Both the position numbers and the translations under genes were made by a program. Below are positions 8,792 through 18,714 of a stretch of 64,000 bases of DNA, in pieces; within the stretch, counting starts at the first letter, position 1; each line of letters starts with the position of its first letter. Source of the DNA: an uncultured Acidobacteriota bacterium (GTDB taxonomy: Bacteria; Acidobacteriota; Vicinamibacteria; Vicinamibacterales; 2-12-FULL-66-21); the NCBI GenBank assembly GCA_963740275.1, contig CAVUDT010000004.1, forward strand, positions 638,247 through 702,246, given 5' to 3'. The notes under the pieces are model-generated. The model was not told the DNA's origin and made no database searches. It was given only the letters and a program-made list of their open reading frames with translations.

Positions 8792-9631
8792 TCAGAGGCG
8801 CTGGGACGAAACGCTATCTCCGGTGACGAAGAAACCGGTCAGCTCCGCGGCGTTCACCAGGTGCTCGGACGGCGAACAGCCGGCGAGCTGACGGAACTCG
8901 CGGATGAAGTGCGACTGGTCCGCGTAGCCGCAAGTGACCGCGGTGACCACGCCGCGCTGGCGCGGGTCGGCAGCTTCGAGCACGGCGAGCGCGCGCTGGA
9001 ACCTGGTGATCCGCGCCAGCCGCTTGGGTGATACGCCTACCGCGTCGAGGAAGCGCCGCTCGAGATGCCGCCGGCTGATCGACGCCTGGCCGGCGAGGGC
9101 GTCGATCGACACGGTGCCCCCGGCCTTCACGATGGTGTGAGTCACGAACCGAACCCGCGCATCGGCGTCGTCGGGACGGATAGCTCCCTCGAGCGCCTGC
9201 TGCACCAGGGTTACGGCGTCGTTGACGTCTGCCGTGCGGTTCAATACGGCGCGGATCGCTCGGGCCAGCGACGAGGACACGTCGTCCAGCGCGATCGTCT
9301 GGCCGATCAGATGATGCTGAGGGACGTCGACGAAGGCGGAGGCGCCGAACGGGTGGAACCGGACCCCCAGCACCGCCACCTCTCCAGTGGGGCGCAGCGC
9401 CAGCCGCTCCAACAGCTGCCCGGCGAACAGCACGCGCGGCTGACGCGCGACGGTTCCATCGCCGGAGACGCGATCGAAGGGGTCGCCGAAATGGATCACG
9501 AGCTCCGGCCGGCCGTCCGGCAGAACCGGCTGCACGGCTCCGTCCAGCTCCGACGCGTGCCCGGTCAGCGTCCAGATCCGGTCGACGAATCGGGCCAGCG
9601 CACGCGAGGGGGGAAACTCCCGGTAGTTCAT
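8792..9631 (-). CDS. AraC-family transcriptional regulator
   Basis: 279-aa ORF. C-terminal HTH VTAVTCGYADQSHFIREFRQLAGCSPSEHL. Divergent from the 9707 gene. Confidence 0.8.
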   Translation of the reverse strand: MNYREFPPSRALARFVDRIWTLTGHASELDGAVQPVLPDGRPELVIHFGDPFDRVSGDGTVARQPRVLFAGQLLERLALRPTGEVAVLGVRFHPFGASAFVDVPQHHLIGQTIALDDVSSSLARAIRAVLNRTADVNDAVTLVQQALEGAIRPDDADARVRFVTHTIVKAGGTVSIDALAGQASISRRHLERRFLDAVGVSPKRLARITRFQRALAVLEAADPRQRGVVTAVTCGYADQSHFIREFRQLAGCSPSEHLVNAAELTGFFVTGDSVSSQRL

Positions 9632-9706
9632 GGGTGCCCGGCAAACTATCGCGGCGGTCGCATTTGTTCAAGCGGAATGCGCACGGGCCGCGTTAGAGTC
9701 ACCCGC

Positions 9707-10642
9707 ATGCGCCACCTGCCGATCGTCGCTCTTCTCGCCCTGCCGCTGCCCGCGTCCGCGTCACCGCAGCAGCCACCGGATCTTTCCGGAACGTGGAGCC
9801 TGCCGCCCGACGCCCCGCTGGCGCCCAACGGCAAGCCGGCGGTGGCCGCCGGTTTCGGGCCGACGATCAACATCCGGCAGGATCCCGGCGCGATCACGAT
9901 CGCGAAGGTCATGGGCGGCCAGACCGTCCACGTCGTCCATCCACTCGATGGTTCCGAGAGCCGCAGCCGCACTCCCGGACGTCTGTGCGAGGGGGATTCT
10001 CACTCGGTCTGGACCGCGGCCTGGCAGGGCGACCGGCTCCTCACCACCCTGGTCGGATCAGTCCCGCCGGGCGCCACGACGATGACGAAGATGGAGGTGC
10101 GGACCACTTTCCGGTTGCAGGCCCCTGACACGCTGGCGATCGAGATGACGTTCCGCAACGCCAGCATGACCGAGCCGCGCACCGTCACGACCTTGTACCG
10201 CAAGACCGGTCCGCCGGCGGAAGTGGCGGTGACCGCAGCGGCCCCGCTCGAAGCGACGATCGCGCAGATCGACTGGCTTGGCGGCACGTGGGTCGGCGGC
10301 ACCGGCGCCAGCGCGTTCGAAGAACGCTGGACGCCGCCGGCCGGCGGATCGATGCTGGCCGTGGCCCGGACGATGAGGAACGGCGTCATGAACGCCTTCG
10401 AGTTCCTCTGCATTGTCGAGCGCAACGGCGGGCTGGTCTACCAGGCGATGCCGAACGGCCGGCAGCCGGCGACCGACTTTACGCTGACCAAACGGGACGG
10501 GAACAGCCTGACCTTCGAGAACCCGGCCCACGATTTTCCGAAGATGATCCGGTACACGCTCGGATCCGATGGCACCCTGGAGGCGGTCGTCAGCGGCTCG
10601 GACAAGCAGAAACCGCAGGTGTTCCGGTTCAAGAAGCAGTAA
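9707..10642 (+). CDS. Secreted hypothetical protein (lipocalin-like N-terminal half, DUF6265-like C-terminal half)
   Basis: Frame of ORF 9065..10642, start at ATG 9707 (MRHLPIVALLALPLPASA signal peptide). The C-terminal IDWLGGTWVG...FEFLCIVERNGGLVYQAMPNG...FPKMIRYTL resembles DUF6265 as I recall it. Confidence 0.55.
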   Translation: MRHLPIVALLALPLPASASPQQPPDLSGTWSLPPDAPLAPNGKPAVAAGFGPTINIRQDPGAITIAKVMGGQTVHVVHPLDGSESRSRTPGRLCEGDSHSVWTAAWQGDRLLTTLVGSVPPGATTMTKMEVRTTFRLQAPDTLAIEMTFRNASMTEPRTVTTLYRKTGPPAEVAVTAAAPLEATIAQIDWLGGTWVGGTGASAFEERWTPPAGGSMLAVARTMRNGVMNAFEFLCIVERNGGLVYQAMPNGRQPATDFTLTKRDGNSLTFENPAHDFPKMIRYTLGSDGTLEAVVSGSDKQKPQVFRFKKQ

Positions 10643-10691
10643 GTATTTGTACCTCGGGATCAGACCGTGGTCTGACCCCACCACGGCGGGC

Positions 10692-11409
10692 TTACTTCTC
10701 CTTCGCCGCGAACGCTCGGCTCCGCTCGAGCAGCTCCCGAACTTCGTCGTCGGTCGTCTGCGAAAAGTCTCGATACCAGAGGCCGACCGCGGAGAACAGC
10801 GCCGGCGTGCGGGCGCAGACGACTTCGTCGCTCAACGCCGCCAGCGCAAGGCAGGTATCGGGCGCACCCACCGGGACAGCGACAACGACGCGCGACGGGG
10901 CGTGGGCGCGGACCGCCTGGACCGCAGCCTTCATCGTGGAGCCGGTGGCCAGGCCGTCATCGACGAGGATCGCGATCATCCCCTGGAGCGCTGCGGGGAC
11001 GCGGCCCTGGCGATACTCCCGTTCGCGGCGATCGAGTTCGGTTTGCTCGCGGCCGTGCGACTTCGTCTATCGACTGCGGGTCGATGCCGTACCAGCTGAC
11101 CACTTCGTCGTTCAGGACGCGTACTCCTCCGGACGCGATGGCCCCCATCGCCAATTCCGGCTGCGAGGGGACGCCGAGCTTGCGCACGAGGAAAATGTCG
11201 AGGAGAACGCCGAGCGCGGTGGCAATCTCGAAGGCGACGGGGACGCCGCCGCGCGGCAGCGCCAGCACCACCACGTCATCGCGGTTCGCGTACGCGCCAA
11301 GGCGGCTGGCGAGGTCGGCGCCGGCTGCCCGCCGATCGTCATACGGCTGAAGTGTCTCTGGATGCGGCCGCACGGGTGACCTCAGAGCTGGCCCGGTCGA
11401 GAACTGCAA
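10692..11409 (-). pseudogene. Phosphoribosyltransferase, frame disrupted as sequenced
   Basis: Two ORFs (10957..11409 and 10692..10979) together give one PRTase. N-terminal part: VVVLALPRGGVPVAFEIA. C-terminal part: MIAILVDDGLATGSTMKAAV (PRPP loop). Shifting frame near 11045-11058 restores REQTELDRREREYRQGRVPAALQG between them, consistent with a 1-nt insertion. Confidence 0.75.
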
Positions 11410-11452
11410 GCCCGGTACCGCGGGGACGCCGGCAGACGGAATCGAGCCGCGT

Positions 11453-13648
11453 TCAGAACCGATAGAGGTACGACGTCTTCATGAAGAAGCCCCGGCGGGT
11501 GGTCAGGTACTCGCCTGCCCCCGGTACCCACGCGTCCCCCAGGAAATCGCGACGTTCGTAGAGCGAGCCGTAGCCGACGTAGCCGACCGTTCCGGGCCGC
11601 AGCTCGTACGAGGCCAGGAAGTCGGTCAGGACGCGCGCGCGCAGGCTGTCGTATTGGACGATCGCGCGAAGAAAGAATTGCTTGCTGAACTGGAAAGTCG
11701 TGCGGGTATTCAGCAGGTCGAGCTCGTAGACGGGCTCGCGGGTGTCGGCGCGGCGGAAGTCGACGCGGCGGTAGCCGATCGACTGGTTCATCCGTGCAGT
11801 CGGCTGCCACAAGATGTCGAGGGAGCCGGCACGGGACCAGCCAGCGAATGGTGCCGTCTCGTCGTAGAAGGTAGCGGCTCCCCAGTTGATGCTGCCATTG
11901 ATCCGGATCCAGCGGAACAGCTGCACTTCTCCCTGCACGCGCGGACGGTCGATCGAGTACTGCTGCCCCTGCCAGGGCTCTTCTCCCATCACCTGGTCGA
12001 TGCGCAGAAAGCCCTGGCGGGTGAAGTTCGTGCGCACGCCGGCAACCATCACCCGGTCGTCTCCACGAGCGACACGGTCGCGGCCGTACTGCGCGTACAC
12101 GAACGGAGTGATCCGCCGGACCCACGAGAACCTCCCGGCGCCGGGATAGAAGCTCCAGTCGGTGTAGCCCCATCCGCTGGTGATCCCGACCCGGTTGTAG
12201 AACGCCGTGTCCATCCGGAAGTCGCGATCGTAGTGCTCGAAGAACCCCTGAATATTCTGGCGACGCGTGCTGTAGGTCCAGCTGGCGGAGCCGGCAAACC
12301 CGCCGCGGGCCCCGGTGCCGTCGATTTCGCGTGACCGTGAATACAACGCCATCCCGGTGACGCGCTGGTTCGCGCTGACCCGCCAGGACAGATCGCTGCC
12401 GGCAACACGGTTGAACGCCGCGTCGGATTCCATGTCGGTGAAGATGGCCCCGACGTAGTTGCCGGCGCTGGGGCTGTACTGCAGCCGCCCGATGTTGAAC
12501 AGCCGGTCCTCGGCGGCTCGACCCTCGACCTCCGGCACGTCGTCCATTGCGGTGAGCGTGCCGAACTGGAGCCGGCCGGTACTGCCGGTCAGCTTGATGC
12601 CGGCGCTCGGATTCACGATCCGGCGGGTATGGACGGCCGAGATCATGCTGCTGTCCATGCCGCTGCCGGCAAGGGTGAAGAGCCCCGCGCCTTCCATGAA
12701 GAAGGGGCGCTTCTCGGAGAAGAAGACCGGAAACCGTTGATTGACCTCGATCTGGAAGGCGTCGCTCTCGACCTGGCTGAAGTCGGGATTGACCGTCGCA
12801 TCCAGGGTGATCGTCGGGGTGAGCCCGAGCTTGGTGCTGAGGCCGAAGTCACCGTGGCCATCGGCCGAGCCCCAGCGCTCCGGTGCCTGACGTTCCTGGC
12901 TGGTCGAGAACGTGGCGCTCGGAATCAGTTCCCGCGTGAGCACCGACTCGAGCCGATCGAAGGTCAACGACGCATGCTTCTCGAAAACCCATCGCCCGGG
13001 CTCGAGCGGCGGCCAGGCGACCGAGACGCCGGCCCGGCTGATCCGCCGCCAGAACAGCACCCCCATCCGGACGCTGTCGCCACCCTTGAACCGGATCGAG
13101 GCGAGCGGCAGCCGGATCTCCACCGCGTAACCGCGATCGTTGACGCGGCCGGCGCTGTCCCAGATGTAGTCCGGTGATTCGTCTTCGCTGCCGGAGGCGG
13201 TGTTGATCATGTCCAGCTGGATGCCGCTGGGATTCACCATCAGGTGGTAGGAGAGCTGCCCGGTGCCGAGGGCGTCGAGGCTCAGACCGACCCAGTCGTC
13301 GCTCCAGATGTTGTCGCGGCGGGTGATCGAGGTCTTGATCCGCGCCGGTTCCGGATCGTCGCACTGGAAGGCGAAGTACAGGTAGCGCGCGTCATACCCC
13401 ACCCACACCCGTGTCTGCTGCGGCACGCGGCTGCCGTGCAACGGGTTGTACGACAGCCACTCACCGATGGGTTGGGCCTGGGCTTGCCACGCCTCGTCAT
13501 CGAGCACGCCGTCGATGGCGGGGGGCGTCGCCAGCCGCACCGCCGACAACGAGGCGCGACTGGACTCCTGCGCCGCCGCAGCCGTGACGTCCGCAAGCAG
13601 CAGGCCGGCGAAGACGGCCGACATGAGCGCCGGCTGGATGCGCCGCAT
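11453..13648 (-). CDS. Outer-membrane protein, CBM9/DOMON-like N-terminal domain + DUF5916-type beta-barrel
   Basis: 731-aa ORF with signal peptide. AIDGVLDDEAW...ARYLYFAFQCDD...GYAVEIRLPL, then a long beta-rich region ending YLYRF (terminal Phe typical of OMPs). Confidence 0.7.
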   Translation of the reverse strand: MRRIQPALMSAVFAGLLLADVTAAAAQESSRASLSAVRLATPPAIDGVLDDEAWQAQAQPIGEWLSYNPLHGSRVPQQTRVWVGYDARYLYFAFQCDDPEPARIKTSITRRDNIWSDDWVGLSLDALGTGQLSYHLMVNPSGIQLDMINTASGSEDESPDYIWDSAGRVNDRGYAVEIRLPLASIRFKGGDSVRMGVLFWRRISRAGVSVAWPPLEPGRWVFEKHASLTFDRLESVLTRELIPSATFSTSQERQAPERWGSADGHGDFGLSTKLGLTPTITLDATVNPDFSQVESDAFQIEVNQRFPVFFSEKRPFFMEGAGLFTLAGSGMDSSMISAVHTRRIVNPSAGIKLTGSTGRLQFGTLTAMDDVPEVEGRAAEDRLFNIGRLQYSPSAGNYVGAIFTDMESDAAFNRVAGSDLSWRVSANQRVTGMALYSRSREIDGTGARGGFAGSASWTYSTRRQNIQGFFEHYDRDFRMDTAFYNRVGITSGWGYTDWSFYPGAGRFSWVRRITPFVYAQYGRDRVARGDDRVMVAGVRTNFTRQGFLRIDQVMGEEPWQGQQYSIDRPRVQGEVQLFRWIRINGSINWGAATFYDETAPFAGWSRAGSLDILWQPTARMNQSIGYRRVDFRRADTREPVYELDLLNTRTTFQFSKQFFLRAIVQYDSLRARVLTDFLASYELRPGTVGYVGYGSLYERRDFLGDAWVPGAGEYLTTRRGFFMKTSYLYRF

Positions 13649-13745
13649 TCAGCCGTTAGACGGCGCCACCCCACCAAACGTTCTGTGGGCCAGGATCTCT
13701 TTCGGAAACCGCCGCGCTTCGGTGGCGCCTATAATCCGTCGCGTG

Positions 13746-15041
13746 ATGCCCCTCTTGCCAGCCCGGATGAACTTGCGGCTCGGACGCGTCGTGGCGTGTC
13801 TGCTGATTGCCGTGGCGTCCGCCACGGTGGCGGCCCAGGACCGCCGTCCACCGGATCCTGCCGTCCTGGGTGTCGATGCGGCAACCGACGCGTATCTGGC
13901 GACGGTTCCCGCGGAGGCCAGGGCGCGCTCCGACTCGTATTTCGAAGGGGGCTACTGGCTCAGCCTGTGGCAGTTCCTGTTGTCGTCACTGGTGCTGATT
14001 CTGATGCTCCACACCGGGATCTCGGCGCGTATCGGCGAGACGGCGAAACGCCTGACCCGTCACAGGTGGTTGCACCCGGCCATCTATTGGGTCGCTTTCC
14101 TGGTGATTACCGCGGCTCTCGAGTTCCCGATGACCGTCTATGCCGGCTTCTGGCGCGAGCACCAGTACGCGCTTGCGACCCAGACCTTCGGAGGATGGAT
14201 GGGTGATCAGCTGAAGGGCTTCGGGCTCGGCCTGGTGCTGGGGGCCATCCTCACTGCCGGCCTCTACGCCGTCGTACGCAGGATGCCCCGAACCTGGTGG
14301 CTCTGGGGTTCGGTCGTCATGATCGCCGCCATCGCGTTTATCGCCACCCTCGGGCCGGTCTTTATCGCCCCACTGTTCAACACCTACAAGCCGCTCGAAA
14401 GCGCGTCGATCCGTGAACCGATCCTGCGCCTGGCGCACGCCAACGGCATCGCGGCTGATGAGGTCTGGGAAATGGACGCGTCACGACAAACGACCCGGAT
14501 CAGCGCCAACGTGAGCGGCATGTTCGGCACCGATCGGATCACGCTCAACGACAATCTGTTGAAGCGGGCATCACCCGCGGCCGTAGAGGCGGTCATGGGG
14601 CACGAGATGGGGCATTACGTGCTCAATCACGTCTACGAAATGATCGTCAACTTCGCGGTGATCATCGCGGCCGGTTTCGGGCTCACCGGATGGGCGTTCG
14701 AGCGGCTCGCGGCCCGCTATCGCGATCGGTGGCGGATCGCCGGCATCGCCGACCCGGCCGGCCTGCCGCTGGTGGTGCTGATCCTCGGCGCCTACCTGTT
14801 CGTGCTGACGCCGGTGCAGAACACGATCATCAGGACCAACGAGTACGAGGCCGATATCTTCGGCCTCAACGCCGCCCGCCAGCCCGACGGCTTCGCCGAA
14901 GCGGCCCTGCTGCTCGGGGACTACCGCAAGCTCGATCCGGGGCCGCTCGAAGAGATGATCTTCTTCGATCATCCGAGCGGCCGCACCCGCATTCGCGCCG
15001 CCATGCAGTGGAAGGCGAATCAGGCCCCCCCGGACCGTTGA
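13746..15041 (+). CDS. M48-family (Ste24/HtpX-like) membrane zinc metalloprotease
   Basis: Frame of ORF 13446..15041, start at ATG 13746 (or 13767). Several TM segments. HEMGHYVLNH (HExxH) and a downstream NEYEADIFG glutamate. Confidence 0.8.
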   Translation: MPLLPARMNLRLGRVVACLLIAVASATVAAQDRRPPDPAVLGVDAATDAYLATVPAEARARSDSYFEGGYWLSLWQFLLSSLVLILMLHTGISARIGETAKRLTRHRWLHPAIYWVAFLVITAALEFPMTVYAGFWREHQYALATQTFGGWMGDQLKGFGLGLVLGAILTAGLYAVVRRMPRTWWLWGSVVMIAAIAFIATLGPVFIAPLFNTYKPLESASIREPILRLAHANGIAADEVWEMDASRQTTRISANVSGMFGTDRITLNDNLLKRASPAAVEAVMGHEMGHYVLNHVYEMIVNFAVIIAAGFGLTGWAFERLAARYRDRWRIAGIADPAGLPLVVLILGAYLFVLTPVQNTIIRTNEYEADIFGLNAARQPDGFAEAALLLGDYRKLDPGPLEEMIFFDHPSGRTRIRAAMQWKANQAPPDR

Positions 15042-15134
15042 TCCGGCCGGGGCCCTCATCCGCACGGACCTGCCTGGCCGTCGTGCTCATCGGATTTCCC
15101 GACGGGCACGGCGGCAGGCATGTGGATTTGGAGA

Positions 15135-15740
15135 CTAGCGCCGACGGGCCGCTTTGACCGTGGCGCGCGGTGCGCTCTTCGCAAGCTTCGGCTTTTTCAC
15201 ATCATCGTCCTCATCCTCATCGCTTTCGGGGCCTTCGGGATGAGCTGCATCCGCCGCTTCCTGGTTGATGCCACCTTCCGCGAGGCCGGAGAGCTTCTGG
15301 TCGGCGGACTTCTCTTCTTCGAGGGTCTGCTGCAGCAGGTCAGCCGCTTCGGTGTGACCCATCGCCTGCGCCCACGCCACCAGCGTGCCGTACGCGGCCA
15401 TCTCGTAGTGCTCGGCGCGCTGGGCCGAGGCGATCAGGCAGGCGTCCATCGTGGTCTCGTCGAAGTCCTCTTCCATCACCGACTTGCCCTCTTCGATGAT
15501 CCCGGCCATGCCATCGCAGTGCTTGCCGCGGACCTTCTCGTCGAGGCTTTCGAATACTTCCTCCAGCCGTGCGACCTGCCCTCTCGTTTCTTCGAGGTGC
15601 GATTCGAACGCGGCGCGGAGGTCGGGTGAGCTGGCGGCTTTCGCCAGCTTCGGCAGTGCCTTGGTCAGCTGTTTTTCGGCGTCATATGTGTCGCGCAGTT
15701 CATCGATGAATGCGTCGTGAAGCGTGCCTGCTTGAGCCAT
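15135..15740 (-). CDS. DUF892 / YciE-YciF ferritin-like stress protein
   Basis: Start at ATG 15740 (MAQAGTLHDAFIDELRDTYDAEKQLTKALPKLAKAA...) with AGGAGA about 8 nt upstream. Acidic/Lys-rich C-terminal tail. Confidence 0.8.
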   Translation of the reverse strand: MAQAGTLHDAFIDELRDTYDAEKQLTKALPKLAKAASSPDLRAAFESHLEETRGQVARLEEVFESLDEKVRGKHCDGMAGIIEEGKSVMEEDFDETTMDACLIASAQRAEHYEMAAYGTLVAWAQAMGHTEAADLLQQTLEEEKSADQKLSGLAEGGINQEAADAAHPEGPESDEDEDDDVKKPKLAKSAPRATVKAARRR

Positions 15741-15945
15741 AGGTCGGGTCTCCTGGGGGAAAGATGATCTGATGGGCCGGGCGGTGTGTAATTGAACGGC
15801 GCGCGGCCATGTTGCCGAGCGAGTCAGAGCATGTTGCGTACCAGGCTCGCTGAGGCTGGTCAACGCACGTCCCAACCTTCATGACGGCTGGTTCACTGGG
15901 GCCTTGGGTCCTGGTGCGAACCTGAGCTTGACATTGCCGGCATCG

Positions 15946-17331
15946 CTACTCAGCAAAGCACGCAATGCCCTTCTTCCAACCCATACTCGCCAGGCGATTG
16001 AACTCCGCAACCCGATCTTTCGGGTCTATCTGGCTGCTGCCCGTTCTCGGGATATGGTCCTCCCGGCCATCGACATAACCCAGCGCCGAGACGCGCGCCG
16101 CGACTTCACGATCGAGTTGCGGTCGTGGTCTCGACGAACCGTCCAGCCGTTCGTCGAAGTCGCGCAGACGGTCGAGCATGGCGGCCCCGATCGCCTGGTG
16201 CTGGTGAAGCACATCGCGTTGCTCGCGCGGATCGCTGATCAGGTCGTAGAGTTCCGGACGTGGAGCCTCAATCACTTTGTAGCGATCGTCGCGCAGCGAG
16301 CGCAGCCGTGCCCACCCGAATCGCTCTGGATACAACGACTCAGCGTAGACATCGAGTCGGGGATCAGGTCCGCTGCCGGTGGCGAGAGGCACCAGGCTGA
16401 CGCCGTCCACACCGGTGGTGGGCAAACCGAAGAGCTCCAGAATGGTCGGCATCACGTCCACCACGCGGGTGATGGCATGGATCCGACCCGGAGGAATCCG
16501 CGGGCCACGCATGACGAACGGCACATGCAACGCCTCATCGTAGAGGAACAGCCCGTGCGATTCCTCCCCATGGTCTCCCAGTGACTCACCATGATCACCG
16601 ACGACCACCACCAACGTACTTTCCAGCTGGTTGCGGGTCTCGAGAGTCTCGATGACGCGCAACATCTGCGCATCCTGGAACGCAATCGCTGCGAGATAAG
16701 GGTCGGCATAGCGTCGCAGGTAATCGTCTGGCAGATCGTAGGGCCGGTGCGCGTCATACAGGTGAATCCATACAAAGAACGGTGACGCGTCTCGGCCTCC
16801 GAGCCACGCCACCGCACCGTCCACGACCTCATTTGCGCGCCGGCGCGCGCGAGCTCGTCCCTCGCATGGGGCCCTGGAACCCTCGTCGTACACCGCGAAC
16901 CCTTGTTCGAGGCCTCGGCCCTTTGCCAGCACCCCCGAGGCCACGAAGGCCGCTGTCGCAAGTCCGCGCTCGGTCAGGACCTCGGCCAGCGTCTGGAAAC
17001 CGGCTGCGAGGGGCGTGCCGCCGTTATCTCGAACCCCAAGCCGTGGGGGATAGAGCCCGGTGAAGAGCGTTGCGTGCGAGGGGAGTGTGAGCGGAACCGC
17101 CGCGAACGTTTGCTCGAAGACTGCCCCCTCGGCCGCGAGCCGATCGAGCGCGTTCGTTTCGACGCCGGCGAATCCATAGGGGGGCAGCCGATCGGCCCGG
17201 ATGGTATCGAGGGTGATCACCAGCAGATTACGTGGACGCGGTGCCGGATCGTGCGCTGGTCCCCGCAACGACGGAATCACCATGGTTGCTGCGACCGCGA
17301 CGAGAGTCAGGAGACGGCGGCGAAGACGCAT
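15946..17331 (-). CDS. Sulfatase-like hydrolase/transferase (alkaline-phosphatase superfamily), secreted
   Basis: 461-aa ORF. NLLVITLDTIRADRL metal site. The nucleophile motif reads TLPSHATLFTG (Thr and His where formylglycine sulfatases have CxPSR). GDHGESLGDHGE. Confidence 0.8.
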   Translation of the reverse strand: MRLRRRLLTLVAVAATMVIPSLRGPAHDPAPRPRNLLVITLDTIRADRLPPYGFAGVETNALDRLAAEGAVFEQTFAAVPLTLPSHATLFTGLYPPRLGVRDNGGTPLAAGFQTLAEVLTERGLATAAFVASGVLAKGRGLEQGFAVYDEGSRAPCEGRARARRRANEVVDGAVAWLGGRDASPFFVWIHLYDAHRPYDLPDDYLRRYADPYLAAIAFQDAQMLRVIETLETRNQLESTLVVVVGDHGESLGDHGEESHGLFLYDEALHVPFVMRGPRIPPGRIHAITRVVDVMPTILELFGLPTTGVDGVSLVPLATGSGPDPRLDVYAESLYPERFGWARLRSLRDDRYKVIEAPRPELYDLISDPREQRDVLHQHQAIGAAMLDRLRDFDERLDGSSRPRPQLDREVAARVSALGYVDGREDHIPRTGSSQIDPKDRVAEFNRLASMGWKKGIACFAE

Positions 17332-17340
17332 GCCATGGTC

Positions 17341-18459
17341 CTATCGCCGCTGCATGTCGAACCCGTGGCCGTCTGCCGAGCAGAGGGCGGCGTAGTCTGG
17401 CTCGAAAGGATAGTCGTAGCCGTCGACCACGTTGATTGCGCCGGTGAGCCGACCGGAGATCCCGGACTGCGTGCCCTGCGCAGTCACGATCCCGCTTATG
17501 AGCAACGTGCGGGCTTCGCTCAACCGCTCGGCGAGATCGTGCCCCACAAAGTAGTAGTAGGGATCGTTGAACATGTCGATGTCCCCGACGATGGCGAACT
17601 GGACCAGGCCGGTTGCATCGACAAAGCCCGAGAACCTGTTGCCGCGATCGCCCGTCGAGATGAACTCAGCGCCGGTCAGCGTCACACTTAGACGGAAGCC
17701 GTCTTGTGAGACCGTCGCTACGTAGCCACGATTTCTCGCGGCGGCAGGCAGCGTCTGTCCGTAGCGACAAGGCGCCGCCGTAATGGTGAGCGCATACGTC
17801 CCTGAAAAATCCACCACCGGCTGTTCCGGAACCAACTCGAGGTCGAAGGTCCGGTCCTCAGCGACATCGAGGGCCTCGATCCTGTTGGCATAGCCTTCTT
17901 TCTGTGCATGGAGCCGGATCGGTCCGCTGACACCGTACAGCGCGTAGCTTCCGTCTGGACTGGTGACCGCGGTGAGGCCGGATCCAACTCCGGCTATCAC
18001 CGTCACAGCAACGTCGCGAAGCGCGATCCCGTTGACCGAAAACCGGCCCGTGAGCCGGTGCGTCCCTGCTGGCAGAACCATCATCTGCGCCGCCCGGCTC
18101 CACGACTGGTATCTGGCGATAACGTCAGCCTCACCGACCGCGAGACCTCGGGCGACGCCCGCTGCGCTGATCTCGAGCACGCGATCGTTCGAGGTGCGCC
18201 ACACGGCCGTCGCGGTAACGTCCTCGACCGAGCCGTCGTTCCGGACCGCAGTCATCGTGAGCTGGGTCGATTCGCCTGGGGCGATCATCGAGGGCCCGCC
18301 AAGTTCGACACGCACGACAGCTGGCGCCTGGGGCACGGGCGGAGGACTGGTCACCGGGGGACTGGTCACCGGGGGACTGGGGACGGTCGGGCTCTTGTCG
18401 CAGGCCGCAAGTGCGCCGGCCAGTATTGTCAGCGCCAGGGCTTGCGTGATGCGCCGCAT
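17341..18459 (-). CDS. Lipoprotein with Big_2-like and CarboxypepD_reg-like domains
   Basis: Frame of ORF 17341..18516, start at ATG 18459 (MRRITQALALTILAGALAAC lipobox). SPPVTSPPVTSPPP linker. Ig-like segment APGESTQLTMTAV...VTATAVWRTSN. 9 nt upstream of the sulfatase-like gene. Confidence 0.6.
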   Translation of the reverse strand: MRRITQALALTILAGALAACDKSPTVPSPPVTSPPVTSPPPVPQAPAVVRVELGGPSMIAPGESTQLTMTAVRNDGSVEDVTATAVWRTSNDRVLEISAAGVARGLAVGEADVIARYQSWSRAAQMMVLPAGTHRLTGRFSVNGIALRDVAVTVIAGVGSGLTAVTSPDGSYALYGVSGPIRLHAQKEGYANRIEALDVAEDRTFDLELVPEQPVVDFSGTYALTITAAPCRYGQTLPAAARNRGYVATVSQDGFRLSVTLTGAEFISTGDRGNRFSGFVDATGLVQFAIVGDIDMFNDPYYYFVGHDLAERLSEARTLLISGIVTAQGTQSGISGRLTGAINVVDGYDYPFEPDYAALCSADGHGFDMQRR

Positions 18460-18714
18460 CCCGCGCCTTGGAAACACGGTCCGTGCTTGTCGTCTTTTCG
18501 CCATGGTGCTCCTCACTTACTAAAGCGGAAAGGAGCGACAAAAAGTCGGGCGTCGGGAGAGAGCGGCCGGACGTCAGGTGAGGCGCCTCAACCGTGAGAC
18601 ACGGAACTCTTCATTCTTTCAGGCGGTAACCGCGGTCATCCTGTCCAAACATCTGGAAGGGCTCCGGAAGGCTTAGAATGCCGGGGACGCGCGCCTGCGG
18701 CACGGCGACTGCCC

